A DNA stretch of 64,000 bases from Mobula hypostoma. Lineage: Eukaryota. Both the position numbers and the translations under genes were made by a program. The stretch lies in the NCBI RefSeq assembly GCF_963921235.1, contig NC_086114.1, positions 63,798,001 to 63,862,000 of the forward strand. Reading direction: 5' to 3'. A model generated the notes under the pieces. The model saw only the letters and a list, made by a program, of their open reading frames with translations. It did not search any database and was not told the origin of the DNA. Shown piece by piece: positions 49,540-62,457 of this stretch. Every line of letters begins with the position of its first letter. Position 1 is the stretch's first letter.

Positions 49540-50170
49540 TCAGGATTCCTGTTTGGGATTGGTCAGGTGTTCATTAATTCTGTAAAGGAAATTGCCTTCC
49601 TGGTCATAAAATTCATGGCCCCTCTGTACAATGTTCATTTGATTTCCCCACCTTCCAGCAGTGAATTTCTCCAATTCTTCATCCAGGATTCCACCAGCTG
49701 GAAGCTGCTCCACATCAGACATGTCACTGGTTTCCCTGCGCCCGTCCCTCTCCTTGCGAGCAGCCTCCCTCCTCTGCCTTTTGACCTTCATGACGCCCTG
49801 ATCAGTGAGGTCAGTACAAGATCTCTGCTGAATGGGTTTGCTTTCTCCCACCTCCTCCTCCCTGGTTCTGGTGTCAGGGAGTACGGGAAGTGTGACTGCC
49901 CCCTGAGAGAGTCTGGGCACAGATGGCTGGTCCGTGACTAGTTTAGATCTGCCTGGGTCCGATGGGCCTGGTAAACTGACAGTGGGTTGTTCTGTTCTGT
50001 GAGAGAGGGGCAGCATCGCTGCTGCTACTTTTGCGTCCTGTTTCCTCCTCCTTTCTGGTGAAGGGATAAACTTGCTCCTCAGTACTCTACGGATAACATC
50101 CTCGCTGACCGAGAACCCCTCGGCCAGCTGAGACACAGTCCACTCCTCTGGGAACCTCGCCTTCAAAAAC
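49540..50170 (-). CDS. NGRN: NGRN exon 3 (terminal)
   Basis: FLKARFPEEWTVSQLAEGFSVSEDVIRRVLRSKF...VQRGHEFYDQEGNFLYRI, including the conserved neugrin C-terminal motif; TGA at 49540. Confidence 0.95.
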
Positions 50171-52581
50171 CTGAAATACATCAGAAGGTAATCTACACCG
50201 GCTGAAAACTAACACTGCTCACAGACAGCATGCATAACAATCAGTCCATCAGCTCATACGTCGCTTAATCACTGGTAAAGATTATAAAATATTAGCTGTA
50301 TTTGTCATGTACATCAAAATGTGTTATTTCTGTCAACGACTAACACGGCCTGAGGATTTGCCGGGGGCAGCCTACAAGTGGCACCAACATAACATGCTTA
50401 CAACTTACTAATTCTAACCGTACACCTTTGAAATGTGGGAGGAAACCAGAGCATCTGGAAGAAACCCTCACAGTCATGAGGAGAACATACAAACTCCTTG
50501 TAGACAGCAGTGGGAATCAAACCTTGATCACTGACGCTATAAAGCGATTGCACTAAACGCTACGCTAACATGCCGCCTGCTGCCTCCGTTACCTGGTGAG
50601 TAAAAGGTGGATGTGGGACCCTGTGGTAATGCGGCAGGCAGTGCTGCTACCTCCAGCAGCCACAGTTCAAACATGATCTTCTGTGCACTCTGTGTGGAGT
50701 TTGCAGGTTATCCCTGTGATCGCAAGGATTTTCCACAGGTGCTCTGGTTTCCTCCACATCCTGAAGGCGTGTTAGAGGTAGATTAATTTCTTGCTGTAAA
50801 TTAACCCCAAGTGGCAAGAAGAATGAGGGGAGCTGATAGGCACGAGAGGCAGTAGGCTCCGGCTGCCAAGGACAGAGACACTGGAACTAGCTGTGGGTTG
50901 CTGGATTCCACGCTGCATTGGAGGCTGGCCTCTTCCGTCTGTGCTACCCTCCAGTGTTGGCTCAGTGGGAGACAAGAAGACTTTGTGTGCAGCTGCACTG
51001 CACAATATGAGGGACTGCTGTGGGGTGCTCTTGCAGAAACATGGCTCCAGGGCAAAATCCAGGCACCAGCAATTTACAGGCCATGACACTCATGGACTTG
51101 ATCTATATCATTACTTTTTAATTTCTTTTTAGTAACTATGTTTTCCTGCTATCATAATTATACGTGCTGTGTGCTGTGTGTGACTATTGATTCTGTGTTT
51201 TGCATGTTGGCTCCGGAGGAGATCCATTTCATTTTGGCTGTATTCATGGCTGAATGACAACTAAACTTGAAAACGGAGGGGAAAACTGGACAAGGGACAG
51301 CTGTGCTGGGAGCTAGCATGAACATGATGGATTGAATGGTCTCGTGTAAATAAAGGGATTAAGCGGTAGGGATTGATTAATGGGCAGATGTATCTGTCAG
51401 CAATGTTCTATTACTGCAGACAGCCCATTCTTCCCACTTACTACCACACAAAAGGGGAAGATTGGAGCCATGGAGTCTTGCAGGCTTCTGTACAACAAAC
51501 ATCTCTCTGTATCCCTGTCACTCATTTCCTCTCACACACCCATCAACTCCCCTCTCTTTCCTTTTGCCTTTTAATCCGTATAACAGGACAATTGACAGCA
51601 ACCAATTAACCCACCAACTCACAAGTTGATTGGTTATGGGACCTGGGGAAAACCCACTGAGTCACAGGGAGAACCTGCAAACTCCACACAGAGAGCACCT
51701 GAGGTCAGAATTGAACCCAGCCATTGTCCATGCAAATCTTTACTGTTTTTCCTCTCCCCACTAGTTACTCCTTCCCATTTAGACCTAAAGAAACCCCTCA
51801 AAATTGATCAGACATAATGCACTAAAATAACAAGCAGGATGTTTCCTCACTTTAGTCAAGAAGTCTCAAAATATCACTTGCACTTTTCTGAGAGACACTG
51901 GCCAAGGCACAGTCAGCATAGCGCTATTACAGCACCCCAGCGACCCCGATGACTTCCACCACTGTCCGTAAGGGGTTAATACATTCCCCTCATGACTGCA
52001 TGGGTTACCTCCAGGTGCTCTGGTTTCCTCCCACATTCCAAATACGTGCAGGTTGGGGCTAGTAAGTTGTGGACGTACTGTGTTGGTGCCGGGAGTGGCG
52101 ACACTTGCGGACTGCCCCCCATCACTTATTTATTTGGAGGTACAGCACAGTGACAGGCCCTTCCAGCCTAGCGAGCTGGCGCTGCCCAGTTACACCCATG
52201 TGACCAACTGACCTGCTAACCCGTACATCTTTGGAATGTGGTGGAAACCACAGCACCCAGTCACAGGGAGAAGGTACAAACCTCCTCACAGACAGAGGCA
52301 GGAAATGAACCCAAGCCCATAGCATAGACACGTAGAAAACCTACAGCACAATACAGGCCTTTTGGCCCACAATGCTGTGCTGAACATGTACATACTTTAG
52401 CGTTACACTGCTACGCTACCATACTGCGCGTACCATGCGCAAATCCTTTGTGTAGGTTGTTGACACAAACGATGTACTTCATTGTATGTTTCGATGGATA
52501 TGTGACAAATAAATCTAATCTCTTTTCATTTGCACCAGATCCAAGAACCTGACTGAGAGGTACTGGCCAAGTCATGTTTAC

Positions 52582-52692
52582 CTGATTTGCTGCAGGGCTT
52601 CTGTTGTTAGAGTTCTTGGCGGAGCTCCACGACACCCAAACTCTGCCTGAATCCGGCGGAATTTTATAGCCTTCTGTTTATTCTTCTCAGCC
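52582..52692 (-). CDS. NGRN: NGRN exon 2
   Basis: AEKNKQKAIKFRRIQAEFGCRGAPPRTLTTEALQQIR, matching the neugrin APPRTLT motif; 111 nt; phase 2-2. Confidence 0.94.
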
Positions 52693-54318
52693 CTGAAAAT
52701 TGAGGGAGAAATGTTCAGCATGATATTTTCAAAGATACGCTTACCAAGATGTTACAAATTATACAAGCAATTACAATACACAAAGTATACTATAAATTAC
52801 CGCAAGTAATTTGTGATAACAGTAAACCAGTTCCTTAAGGTTGTTATAGCTGGGAGGGTGGTTTTGGGAACAAGCTCCCACTACCTATTAAATGCTCCCA
52901 ATGACATGTGCCTCAAATAGTCTCTGACAACCAAGTCCAGCTCCTGGCCTTCACATGTGACTTGGCTACTATGCGAAGCAGAACCATTTCTACTGACAGG
53001 AGGGGTGAAGGTGGGTTACTGGCGCCTTAAAACCAGTCACTTCGGGCAGATGGGGCTCATCAACCGTGGTTGGCAGCTCATCTAGAAGAGGGAAAACTCT
53101 GATCTCAAACCTCCATTGCAGCCATACCCACATACGGGGAAGGCTTAGGGAGTAAACCCCGAGGGAAAAATCCAGAGCTGGAGTCCCTCAGGTAGTCCTA
53201 CATTGAGTTCAACACTGACTAGCAACTCCTACGACACTGCTAGTGCCAAACTGTATCAGCCTCTGCTATTCCTCTGGGTTCATCAGATGCGTGGAGATAT
53301 GGACAACAGCTTGCTCTCCACATTGTACTGCCCTGCCCTGCGTATCTAGACAACTGGGATGCAATATCCATGGTCGACCCTGACTGACGGAGGCCTCAAT
53401 GAATTAACCTATAAAATAGCCAGAATCAACGAAGGTGACACCTGCTACAGAAAACAAAACTTAAGATGCTTCCAGGAAAGTACAAAAACTGCTATACTAC
53501 AATTACTGGAAAATTCACTGAACAATGACCATGTATATAGGTGATTATATAAAAATTCAAACATAGGAAAGTTAAATTACAAGAAAAATAACAATTCTAC
53601 AGCTTAATCCAATAGAAGCTGACTTCCTACAGCAAACATTTAATCCAATTCCTCTCTCTGTATCCCTGCCACTTATTCCCTCTCATCCACCCATCAACTC
53701 TCCTCTCTTTCCTTTTGCCTTTTAATCCATATAACGGGACAATCTACAGCAACCAATTAAGCACGTTGTTGGGAAGTGTTCTCTGTAATAATCACACATA
53801 TACAAGAGAGAGAGGGAGATCGTGTGAATGAGTTCAAGGGACTGGCAGTTCTTGGACTGTCTGAATCCATCTGACTCTTAACAATATCTCCAACCCTTAA
53901 CTGTGTCTGCAGTTCATCCACATCCAGAATGCACAGGTAAGAAGCCCCGGAGACTAATACACTACTTAATTTTTAACATCAAAACAGAAGTACATTTTTG
54001 AAAAATAATCTGGTGCTTTCTCGGCGTGTATAACGAATAAACTTTTCTTGGGTGGCCGGCTGGAAGCCAGAGAAAAGTTTATTAGTGATAAGTTTTTTTA
54101 AAATGTTCTCATTTCAAAGACATCAAAACATAAGAATCAGTGATTAATTATTTTGATTAATTAGTTAATTATACTGGTTAGTTAGTTTTTGAACCATTAG
54201 TTAATAGCAGTAATTATTTTTACTACGTTAATATTGGTTGCAGTTATTATTATTTAACTTGGTTATGGGTTAGTTAGGTAGTTAGTGAGTTCAGCACTGG
54301 GGACAACTGTACAGTAAC

Positions 54319-54506
54319 CTGATTAACTCCTCCAGTTCCTGCTCCTCAGGCTCGGCCTCTATTCCCCCGTCGTTAAAGGCCCGGCTCGGCACCAGACTCC
54401 GCGGGGAGGGGGAAAACTGAGCTTGGGGCCGGGACCGGGACCGGGCAATCGGAGCAGGAACGCCCGCCCGGACCCCGCACCGGACCGCAGTCCACCCCAA
54501 CATCAT
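54319..54506 (-). CDS. NGRN: NGRN (neugrin) exon 1, with mitochondrial-targeting-like N-terminus
   Basis: MMLGWTAVRCGVRAG...EAEPEEQELEELIR: an Arg-rich leader followed by the acidic EPEEQEL motif; lies in a CpG island. The exact start Met (54506 or 54503) is uncertain. Confidence 0.85.
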
Positions 54507-54700
54507 CAACCCCGGGCCCTGACCGGCTCTGGCCCGATCCTCGAACTGAGCCGCCGAGAGAAGGGAAACAAATCTCTGCGCACATTCGTTCCGCCGCTCA
54601 ATTGGTCCCAGACCCACTTCCCCAACCTCTGGTCTCCACTGCCGTGGCACTCCGCCGGGCTGAGGTTCCAGTCCCCCGGGTGGACACTCTTCATTAGCTG
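54340..54700 (-). promoter_or_regulatory. NGRN CpG-island promoter/first exon
   Basis: GC- and CpG-rich block around the NGRN start. Confidence 0.65.
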
Positions 54701-54756
54701 AATTTGGGGGTGGGAGGGATCACACCACTAGCTATAGTTTATTATTGTTACATGTA

Positions 54757-55098
54757 CGAGGGGCGATTGATAAGTTCGTGGCCTAAGGTAGAATGAGATG
54801 AGTTATTAACTTCAAACTTTCTGCATTATCACTCAAAGAGTTGAACTATACGTGCATGTAACGAGAGCTGTATAACTCAAGTCCTACCTTAGGCCACAGA
54901 CTTATCAATCACCCCTGCTGTGGACCACTTTCTGGAGGTCCAAGACTACGATTTCTACAAAAAAGGGATCCGTATGCTCCACGATCGCTGGACTAAGTGT
55001 GTAAATGTAGGAGGGGACTATGTTGAAAAATCAGTGTGCTCGGTTTTCTAAAATTGACTCCGTCTACCTTAGGCCACGAACTTATCAATCACCCGTCT
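54757..55098 (+). mobile_element. Mariner-derived MITE just upstream of NGRN
   Basis: TA-flanked TIRs CGAGGGGCGATTGATAAGTTCGTGGCCTAAGGTAGA; internal mariner C-terminus FYKKGIRMLHDRWTKCVNVGGDYVEK; extra internal TIR copy at about 54884-54915. Confidence 0.85.
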
Positions 55099-57319
55099 TA
55101 TTAACAATACAAGGAAAAATTTTTGTTTTGTGCCATCCACACAGATCGTGCGATACACAAGTAGGACAAAAAGACAAAAAAACCATGAATGCGGAATATT
55201 GTTGCAGTTAAACAACAGATAGACACTGGCCTGCTGTTATTAGATATTTACATTTACCAGCAGATAGCTGGCTGATTGCCCACAACCCAACCACTCTGAC
55301 TTCCATTGTAGCAAATGCTCCGGTCAACGTGTTCAGAAACAAAGATCAGAGTTTGGGTCATATTCATTTTTATTGATCGGGAAGTTGCCCCTTTCCCAAA
55401 CACTGCTGCTGAGGAGATCACTCCAGGTTTAAACCAGAGACACATAGACGGCAGATGCTGGAATCTGGAACAACAATCTGCCGGAGGAACTCAGCATCTG
55501 TGGGGGTGGCAGTGGAGGAATTGTTGATGTTTTGAGTTAAAATCCCTTGCATCAGGTACATTTCACCCACAGATGCTGCTTGACCTGCTGAGTTGCTCCA
55601 GTAGATTGGATGTTGCTCCCAAGCTCAAGTTCATTTGGCGGCCAGCCGACAATATTACATTGAACACAGACCTTAAACACGAGATTCTGCAAATGCTGGC
55701 AATCTTGAGCAACACGCACAAAATGCTGGGGGAACTGAGCAAGTCAGGCAGCATCTATGGCGAGGAATAAAGAGTCAACGTTTCTGGCTGAGACCTTCAT
55801 CAGCACTTTTTCCCCTGCGATTTCTCACTCCAGCGGGGAGATTAATGCCTCAAACTCTCCGGGCTAGATTCAGAGTCACTGGTGATCACCAAATCTGTGG
55901 GCTGTGCAGGCTGGGAGAGTTGCTCACTGCCAGAGTCACGACTAAGCAGTTGATCTCAGTAGTGTGTGAACACAACTGGGGCTGGTGGTCAGAGATGTTT
56001 GGATCGACTCACAGCTGAAGTTCACAACAGCAGAAGAAGTGAGAACAGAAGTAGGCCACATTGTACCTTATGTTTACTCTGGTGTCAGACAGAACAATGG
56101 CTGATCTCTTACCTCAAAAACACAAGAGATCCTGTAGATGCTGCAAATCTTGAGTAACACACACAAAATGCTGGAGGTACTCAGTAAGTCAGCCAAAACT
56201 AATTTATTTCGCTCTAATATTTCTCACAACATTTATTGTGTGTGTGACTGTAAGGAACAGTCAGTTATCATTGCTCCAGTTAAATTGTGCGAGAACTCCA
56301 GTAGAGAGCTACAGTGGTTTGTACTCTAGTAGTGACACCAACCAAGTACAATCTTGTTATCCACAAGAGCCAAACTACAGTTCTCCAGTGCTACTCATAT
56401 ATGTACGGCCAGATCTGGGAACAGCTTCTTTCCAACTGTGATAAGACTGCTGAAAGGATCCTGACCCGGATCTGGGCCGTACCCTCCAAATATCCGAACC
56501 AGCCTCTCGGTTTTTTTTTGCACTACCTTACTTTCCATTTTTCTATTTTCTATTTATGATTTATAATTTAAATTTTAAATATTTACTCTTGATTTGTAAT
56601 CCAGGGAGCGGGAAGCACAGAATCAAATATCGCTGTGATGATTATACGTTCTAGTATCAATTGTCTGGCAACAATAAAGTATAAAGTGTAAATAGAGAAT
56701 CAGAGAGGAACACACACAAGATGCTGGAAGAACTGACCAGGTCAAGCAGCATCTATGGAAAGGAATAAACAATTCTAAAGAAAAGTCTCAGCCTAAAATG
56801 TCGACTGTTCATTCCTTCTCATGGATGCTACCTGACCTGCCAAGTTCCTCCAGAATTTTGTTTGTGTTACTCTGGATTTCCAGCATGTGCAGAATTTCTT
56901 GTGTTTACAAATGCTCGTTGGATCATTTTGAATCTGGACTGCAAGGGCAGGATTTGTTGTTTGTGATTCTGGTGTCTTCCCCCTTTCTTTTCAGTGCTGA
57001 CATTTATTTCATTTATCGAGTGAGACAGCACAATAGGCCCTTCCATCCCTTTGGGCCCAGCCACCCGGAAACACCACAACCCTGATTTAACCCTAATCCA
57101 ATCACAGGACAATTTACAATGACCAACGGACCTACCCTTTGAACTGTAGGGGAAAACTGGAGTGCCCAGGGAAACCCCCCACATAACACAGGCATACTGA
57201 AACTCCTTACAACTGCTATGCTACTGAGGCACCCAATGAAGGGTCTCAGCCCAAACATTGACTGTACATTTCTCTTCATAGATACTGCCTGACCTTCTGA
57301 GTTTCTCCAGCATTTGAGG

Positions 57320-57980
57320 TCATGAGACCATAAGATACAGGAGCAGAATTAGGCCATTTGGCCCATTGAGCCTGCTGCACCATTTCATCATGGCTGATCC
57401 AATTTTCCCTCTCAACCCCAGTCTCCTGCCTTCGCCCCATTTCCCTTCATGCCCTGACTAATCGACCTCTGCCTTAAATATACCAAATGTCTTGGCCTCC
57501 ACAGCTGCATGTGGCAATGAATTCCACAGATTCACCACTCTCTGGCTAAAGAAATTCCTCCTCATCTCTGTTCTAGAAGAATGGCTCTCTATTCTGAGGC
57601 TGTCCCCTCTGGTCTTAGATTTACCCACCACAGAAAACATCCTCTCCACATTCAGTCTATCACTGCCTTTCACCATTCGATAGGTTTCAATCAGGTCACT
57701 CCTCATTCTTCTGAATTGCAGTGAATATAGACTCAGACCCATCAAATGCTCTTCATATGACAAGCCATTCAATCCTGGAATCATTTTCGTGAACCTCCTT
57801 TGAACCCTCTCCAGTGGCAGCACATACTTTCTATGATAAAGGGCCCAAACTGCTCACAATACTTTATAAAGTCTCAACATTACATCCTTGTCCTCTTGAA
57901 ATTAATGCTAATATTATATTTGCCTTCCTCGCCACAGATTGAACCTGCAAATTAAACGTTAGGGAATCCTGCACAAGGAC
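57320..57980 (-). mobile_element. CR1 3' fragment
   Basis: LERVQRRFTKMIPG...RNFFSQRVVNLWNSLP plus 3' UTR. Confidence 0.85.
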
Positions 57981-58924
57981 TGTTTATTCCACTCCATAGA
58001 TGCTGCCTTACCTGCTGAGCTCCTCCAGCAGTTTGTTGTCTTTTTTTCCTCCCACTGGATTTCAATCATCTACAGAATCTTTTGGGTTTATGATTTACAG
58101 GCAAGAATCAAACTGCAATCTTCTCGCATCTTGATGATGGCCCTGTTACAGTGATAACACCACTACCTGAGGAATAAAGAATGGGTCTTCATGACAACTC
58201 ACTACAGCCCCTAGAGATTCTGTTACCATACATCAGAATGAAGATTTGTGTTCTGGCCACTCATTTCCTATGGACATCACTTCTACATATAAGCAGTTTT
58301 TGCATAGTTTCCTTCATAGATTAGTTTTTTTTTTAATTTGAGGAATGGTGGAAAGACACCCATCTCCGTCCATTCTTTATCTTAAAATATTTTCACAATA
58401 AAAAGATATAATTAAAAACCCTGAACAAAGCTTCCATCTCAGGTGATTGTTGAGAAGTTGTTTAACTCGCTGCATGACTGTGTACATTGCATGGTGAGGG
58501 TAGTAAAATTCATGTTTTGCCTGGAAACAGCCAAAATCTAGAACAAGTACTTTAGTCTTCAATTAAAAAACATACCATTTTTATTTCTTTAGCTTCTTTT
58601 GTTCAACATTTAGAAAAACAATTATAGATTCTGCTTAACAAAAAGACAAACTCAGCATCCTCCCCATCAGCCATACATTGTAGACCCAGTGCAGTATTCT
58701 CCGTCTGGAAAGGCTTTATTCTGTTCTCAGTCCATGCTCAAGTCCCAGGGCAATTTTCCTCAACCCTCCCCGCAGAGAGGCAATGTTAAATGGCAAAAAC
58801 TTCATCAAGTGGCAGAAAAGTTTTCAGACTCGAAGAAAGTGGAAAAGGAATCCAGCAGTGAGCTGCTACTTGAGATTAATTCAGCCGCCTGATAAGGAAG
58901 AATGGGTAAAACTTGTTACTGACA

Positions 58925-59690
58925 ATCTCAAAGTGTTATTCTATAGATGTTCAGTGGAGAGTATCCTAACTGGTTGCATCACAGCCTGGTATAGAAACAT
59001 CAATGCCCAGGAACAGAAAAGTCTACAGAAAGTGACGCATACAGCCCAGTCCATCACCACAAAACCATCCCCACCATTGAGCATATTTGCATGGAGCACC
59101 GTCACAAGAAAGCAGCATCCATCATCAAGGACCCCCCAACATCCAAGCCATACTCTCTTCTCGTTGCTGCCATCAGGAAGGGGGTACAGGAGACTTAGGT
59201 CCCACACCACAAGGTTCGGGAACAGTTATTACCCTACACCCACCAGGCTTCTGAACTGGTGTGGATAACTTCACTCACTACAACTCTGAACTAAATCTGC
59301 AACCTATGTACTCATTTTCAAGGACTCTACGACTCATGTTCTCAGTACTATCTAGCTATCTCTCAACATGTACACACACTTAATTTGCGTAATTTGTCTT
59401 TTTTTGCAAATTAGTTGATTGTCACTGTTTATGTAGATTTTTCCCACAAATTCTATTGTAAATTTTTATTTTCTTATAAATACCTCACTTTTTTAATATA
59501 CAGTATTCCTGTTTTTGCACATTTTTAATCATCTATTCAATATACATAATTGATTTACTTGTTTATTTATTATGTTTTATTTATTATTTTTTTCTCTCTC
59601 TGCTAGATTATGTATTGCATTGAACTGCTGCTGCTAAGTTAACAAATTTCACGTCACATGCCGGTGATAATAAACCTGATTCTGAAATAC
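58925..59690 (+). mobile_element. Rex-Babar 3' fragment(s)
   Basis: FYRCSVESILTGCITAWY...LLPSGRGYRRLRSHTTRF plus an AT-rich tail. Confidence 0.75.
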
Positions 59691-59730
59691 CTATGAGAAA
59701 ATAAATCTCAGGGCTGTATACGGTGACACA

Positions 59731-62426
59731 CAGTGCCTATAAAAAGTATTCAATCCCCCCCCCCCCCACCCCGGAAGTATTTATGTTTTATTGTTTTACA
59801 ACGTTGAATCACTGGATTTAATTTGGCTTTTTTGACACTGATCAACAGAAAAGACTTTCATGTCAAAGCGAAAACAGATCTCTACAAAGTGATATAAATA
59901 AATTACAAATATAAAACACAATAATTGATTGCACATGTAGTCACCCCCTTCAAGTCAGTATTTAGTATATGCACCTTTGGCAGCAATTACAGCTCAAGTC
60001 TGTGTGGATAGGTCTCTATCAGCTTGCACATTTGGACACTGAATTTTTCCCCATTCTTCTTTACAAAACCTGTTCAAGTTTTGTCAGATTGCATGGGGAT
60101 CATGAGTGAACAGTCCTTTTCAAGTCTAGCTACAAATTCTCAATTGCATTCAGGTCTGGACTCGGACTTGGCCACTCCAGGACATTAACTTTGTTGTTTA
60201 AAGCCATTCCTGTGTAGCTTTGGTTTTATGCTTGGGGTCATTGTCTCGCTGGAAAACAAATCTTCTCAAGTCACAGTTCTCTTGCAGACTGCATCAGGTT
60301 TTCCTCCAGGATTTCCCTGTATTTTGCTGTATTAATTTTACCCTCTATTTTCACAAGCCTTCCAGGGCCTGTTGCAGTGAAGCATCCCCACAGCATGATG
60401 CAGCCACCATCATGCTTCACGGTAGAGATGGTGTGTTTTTGATGATGTCTGGTTGTGACAGAACAGGCTGGCAATGTTAGTTCTCCCGCTAACCTTGCCC
60501 CTTTGCAGGTTGATCACTCCTCCTCATTCTGTCCCTGTCAATTCCCCCAGTAGTTCACACACTTTGCCCTCCCATTCTGCAGTTTTTGTGAGTTCACCAT
60601 TTACACACTCCAACGGTAAAACAATCGGTAGCTTGGCTAATCAAATTAATCCCTTCGGTTAACATGCTCTACTGGCTTATAACTCACAAAAATAAGGATT
60701 CTAGACACAGGCATCCCAAACAGTTTCATTTATTTTAACTCAAGCCATTACATAGGTTTGCAGACAGCAAAATGGCCCCAAAAGACCTGAGCAACAGTTT
60801 GCAGCATCTTAAAATAATGTTTTAAGGCGCAATACACCCCACATAGGCAACTCCACTGGTGGGGAGGCATTAACATTTTACATTTGTGGACACCTCATGA
60901 ATGAGTTTAACTAGCATTTGTTGTGGAACAAAACTGTAGCATGTTAGAATTCCTGTTTAAAATGTTCTAATTCTGCATCTGAAACAATTATGCTCTAGTC
61001 ATGTGATTTCCCCACCCTCCATACCAACAGTAGAATTTTCTGTTTCTTCTAGACCAGGCGGAGGCAAATTTAAACCCTCAGCCACACACACAAAATGCTG
61101 GAGGGGCTCAGCAGGCCAGGCAGCATCTATGGAACAAAAATACAGTCGACAGTTCGGGCCAAGACCGGCTTTAAACCCTCAGTCTGGCTTTGCTAAACAG
61201 GTGTGGAGGTTGATTTGACGGCTGGTGAATAATTATACATGTACCCTGGAGAAACCCTCTATATATTTGTAAATTTTTATGCACGTCTGTTTTCGTTTGT
61301 CTATTTGTAAATACTTATTTTCTTCACAACATGCATTTTGTCATCTGGTACTAAACAAAATCCCTTGCACTAACGTGCTGTTGCAGCTTACCATCTGTTT
61401 TTCTCCCCCAACTGGTGACCCTCATCGAGCACGCTTACCCACCACTTGATAACGAGGTGTGACAGCGGTGTTTGGCTTATACCAAACACAGCATTTAGAC
61501 TGATGGCCAAAAAGCTCAATTTTGGTTTCACCAGACTATAGAACCTTCTTCCATCTGACTTTGGAGACTCCCACATACCTTCCGGCAAACTCTAGCTGAG
61601 ATTTCACTGTGTTTTTTCAACAGTGGCTTTCTCTTTGCCACTCTCCCATAAAGCTGTGACTGGTGAAGCACCCTGGCAACAGTTGTTGTAAGCACAGTCT
61701 CACAACTCCGGGCAAAGTTATTGTATGCACAGTCTCTCCCACCTCAGCCACTGAAGCTTGTAACTCCTCCAGAGTTGTCATAGGTCTCTTGGCGGCCTCC
61801 TTCACGAGTCCCCTTCTTGCACGGTCACTCAGTTTTTGAGGACGGCCTGCTCTAGGCAGATTCACAGCTGTACCATATTCTTTCCATTTCTTGATGATTG
61901 ATTTAACTGTACTCCAAGGGATATTCAGTGACTTGGAAATGTTCTTGTATCCATCTCCTGACTTGTGCTTCTTAATAACCTTTTTGCACAGTTGCTTGAA
62001 GTATTCTTTTATCTTCATGGTGTAGTTTTTGCCAGGATACTGACTCACCAGCAGTTGGACCTTCCAGATACAGGTATACTTTTACTACGATCAATTGAAA
62101 CACCTTGACTACACACAGTGATCTCCATTTAACTATTATGTGATTTCTAAAACCAATTGGCTGCACCAGTGATAATTTGGGTGTGTCATATTAAAGGGGT
62201 GTATACTTACGCAATAAATTATTTTGAGTTTATATTTGTAATTAATTTAGATCACTTTGCAGAGATCTGTTTTCACTTTGACATGAAACAGCTTTTCTAT
62301 TTTCTTTTTCTGTCAAAAAAAAAAGCCAAATTAAATCCACTGTGATTCAGTGTTGTTTAACAATAAAACATGAAAACTTCCGGGGGGGTCGGGGGGGGGG
62401 CGTGTGTATACTTTTTATAGGTACTG
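59731..62426 (-). mobile_element. Full-span decayed Tc1-like transposon
   Basis: Long TIRs CAGTGCCTATAAAAAGTA.../...TACTTTTTATAGGTACTG followed by TA. Paired-like HTH (GYKNISKSLNIPWSTVKSIIKKWK, GRPQKLS) and catalytic-region TVKHDGGCIMLWGCF. Inserted into a Rex-type tail. Confidence 0.9.
60454..61464. mobile_element. Probable solo LTR nested in the Tc1 transposase
   Basis: Interrupts the Tc1 sequence; TGT...ACA ends; degenerate 5-bp TSD (CTGGT/GCGGT). Confidence 0.55.
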
Positions 62427-62457
62427 TATATGTACTTTGATAATATATTTACTTTGA

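Noticed and set aside
54507-54650. N-terminal extension of NGRN suggested by the ORF track
   Set aside because: It starts at a non-ATG codon; the first in-frame ATG is at 54506.
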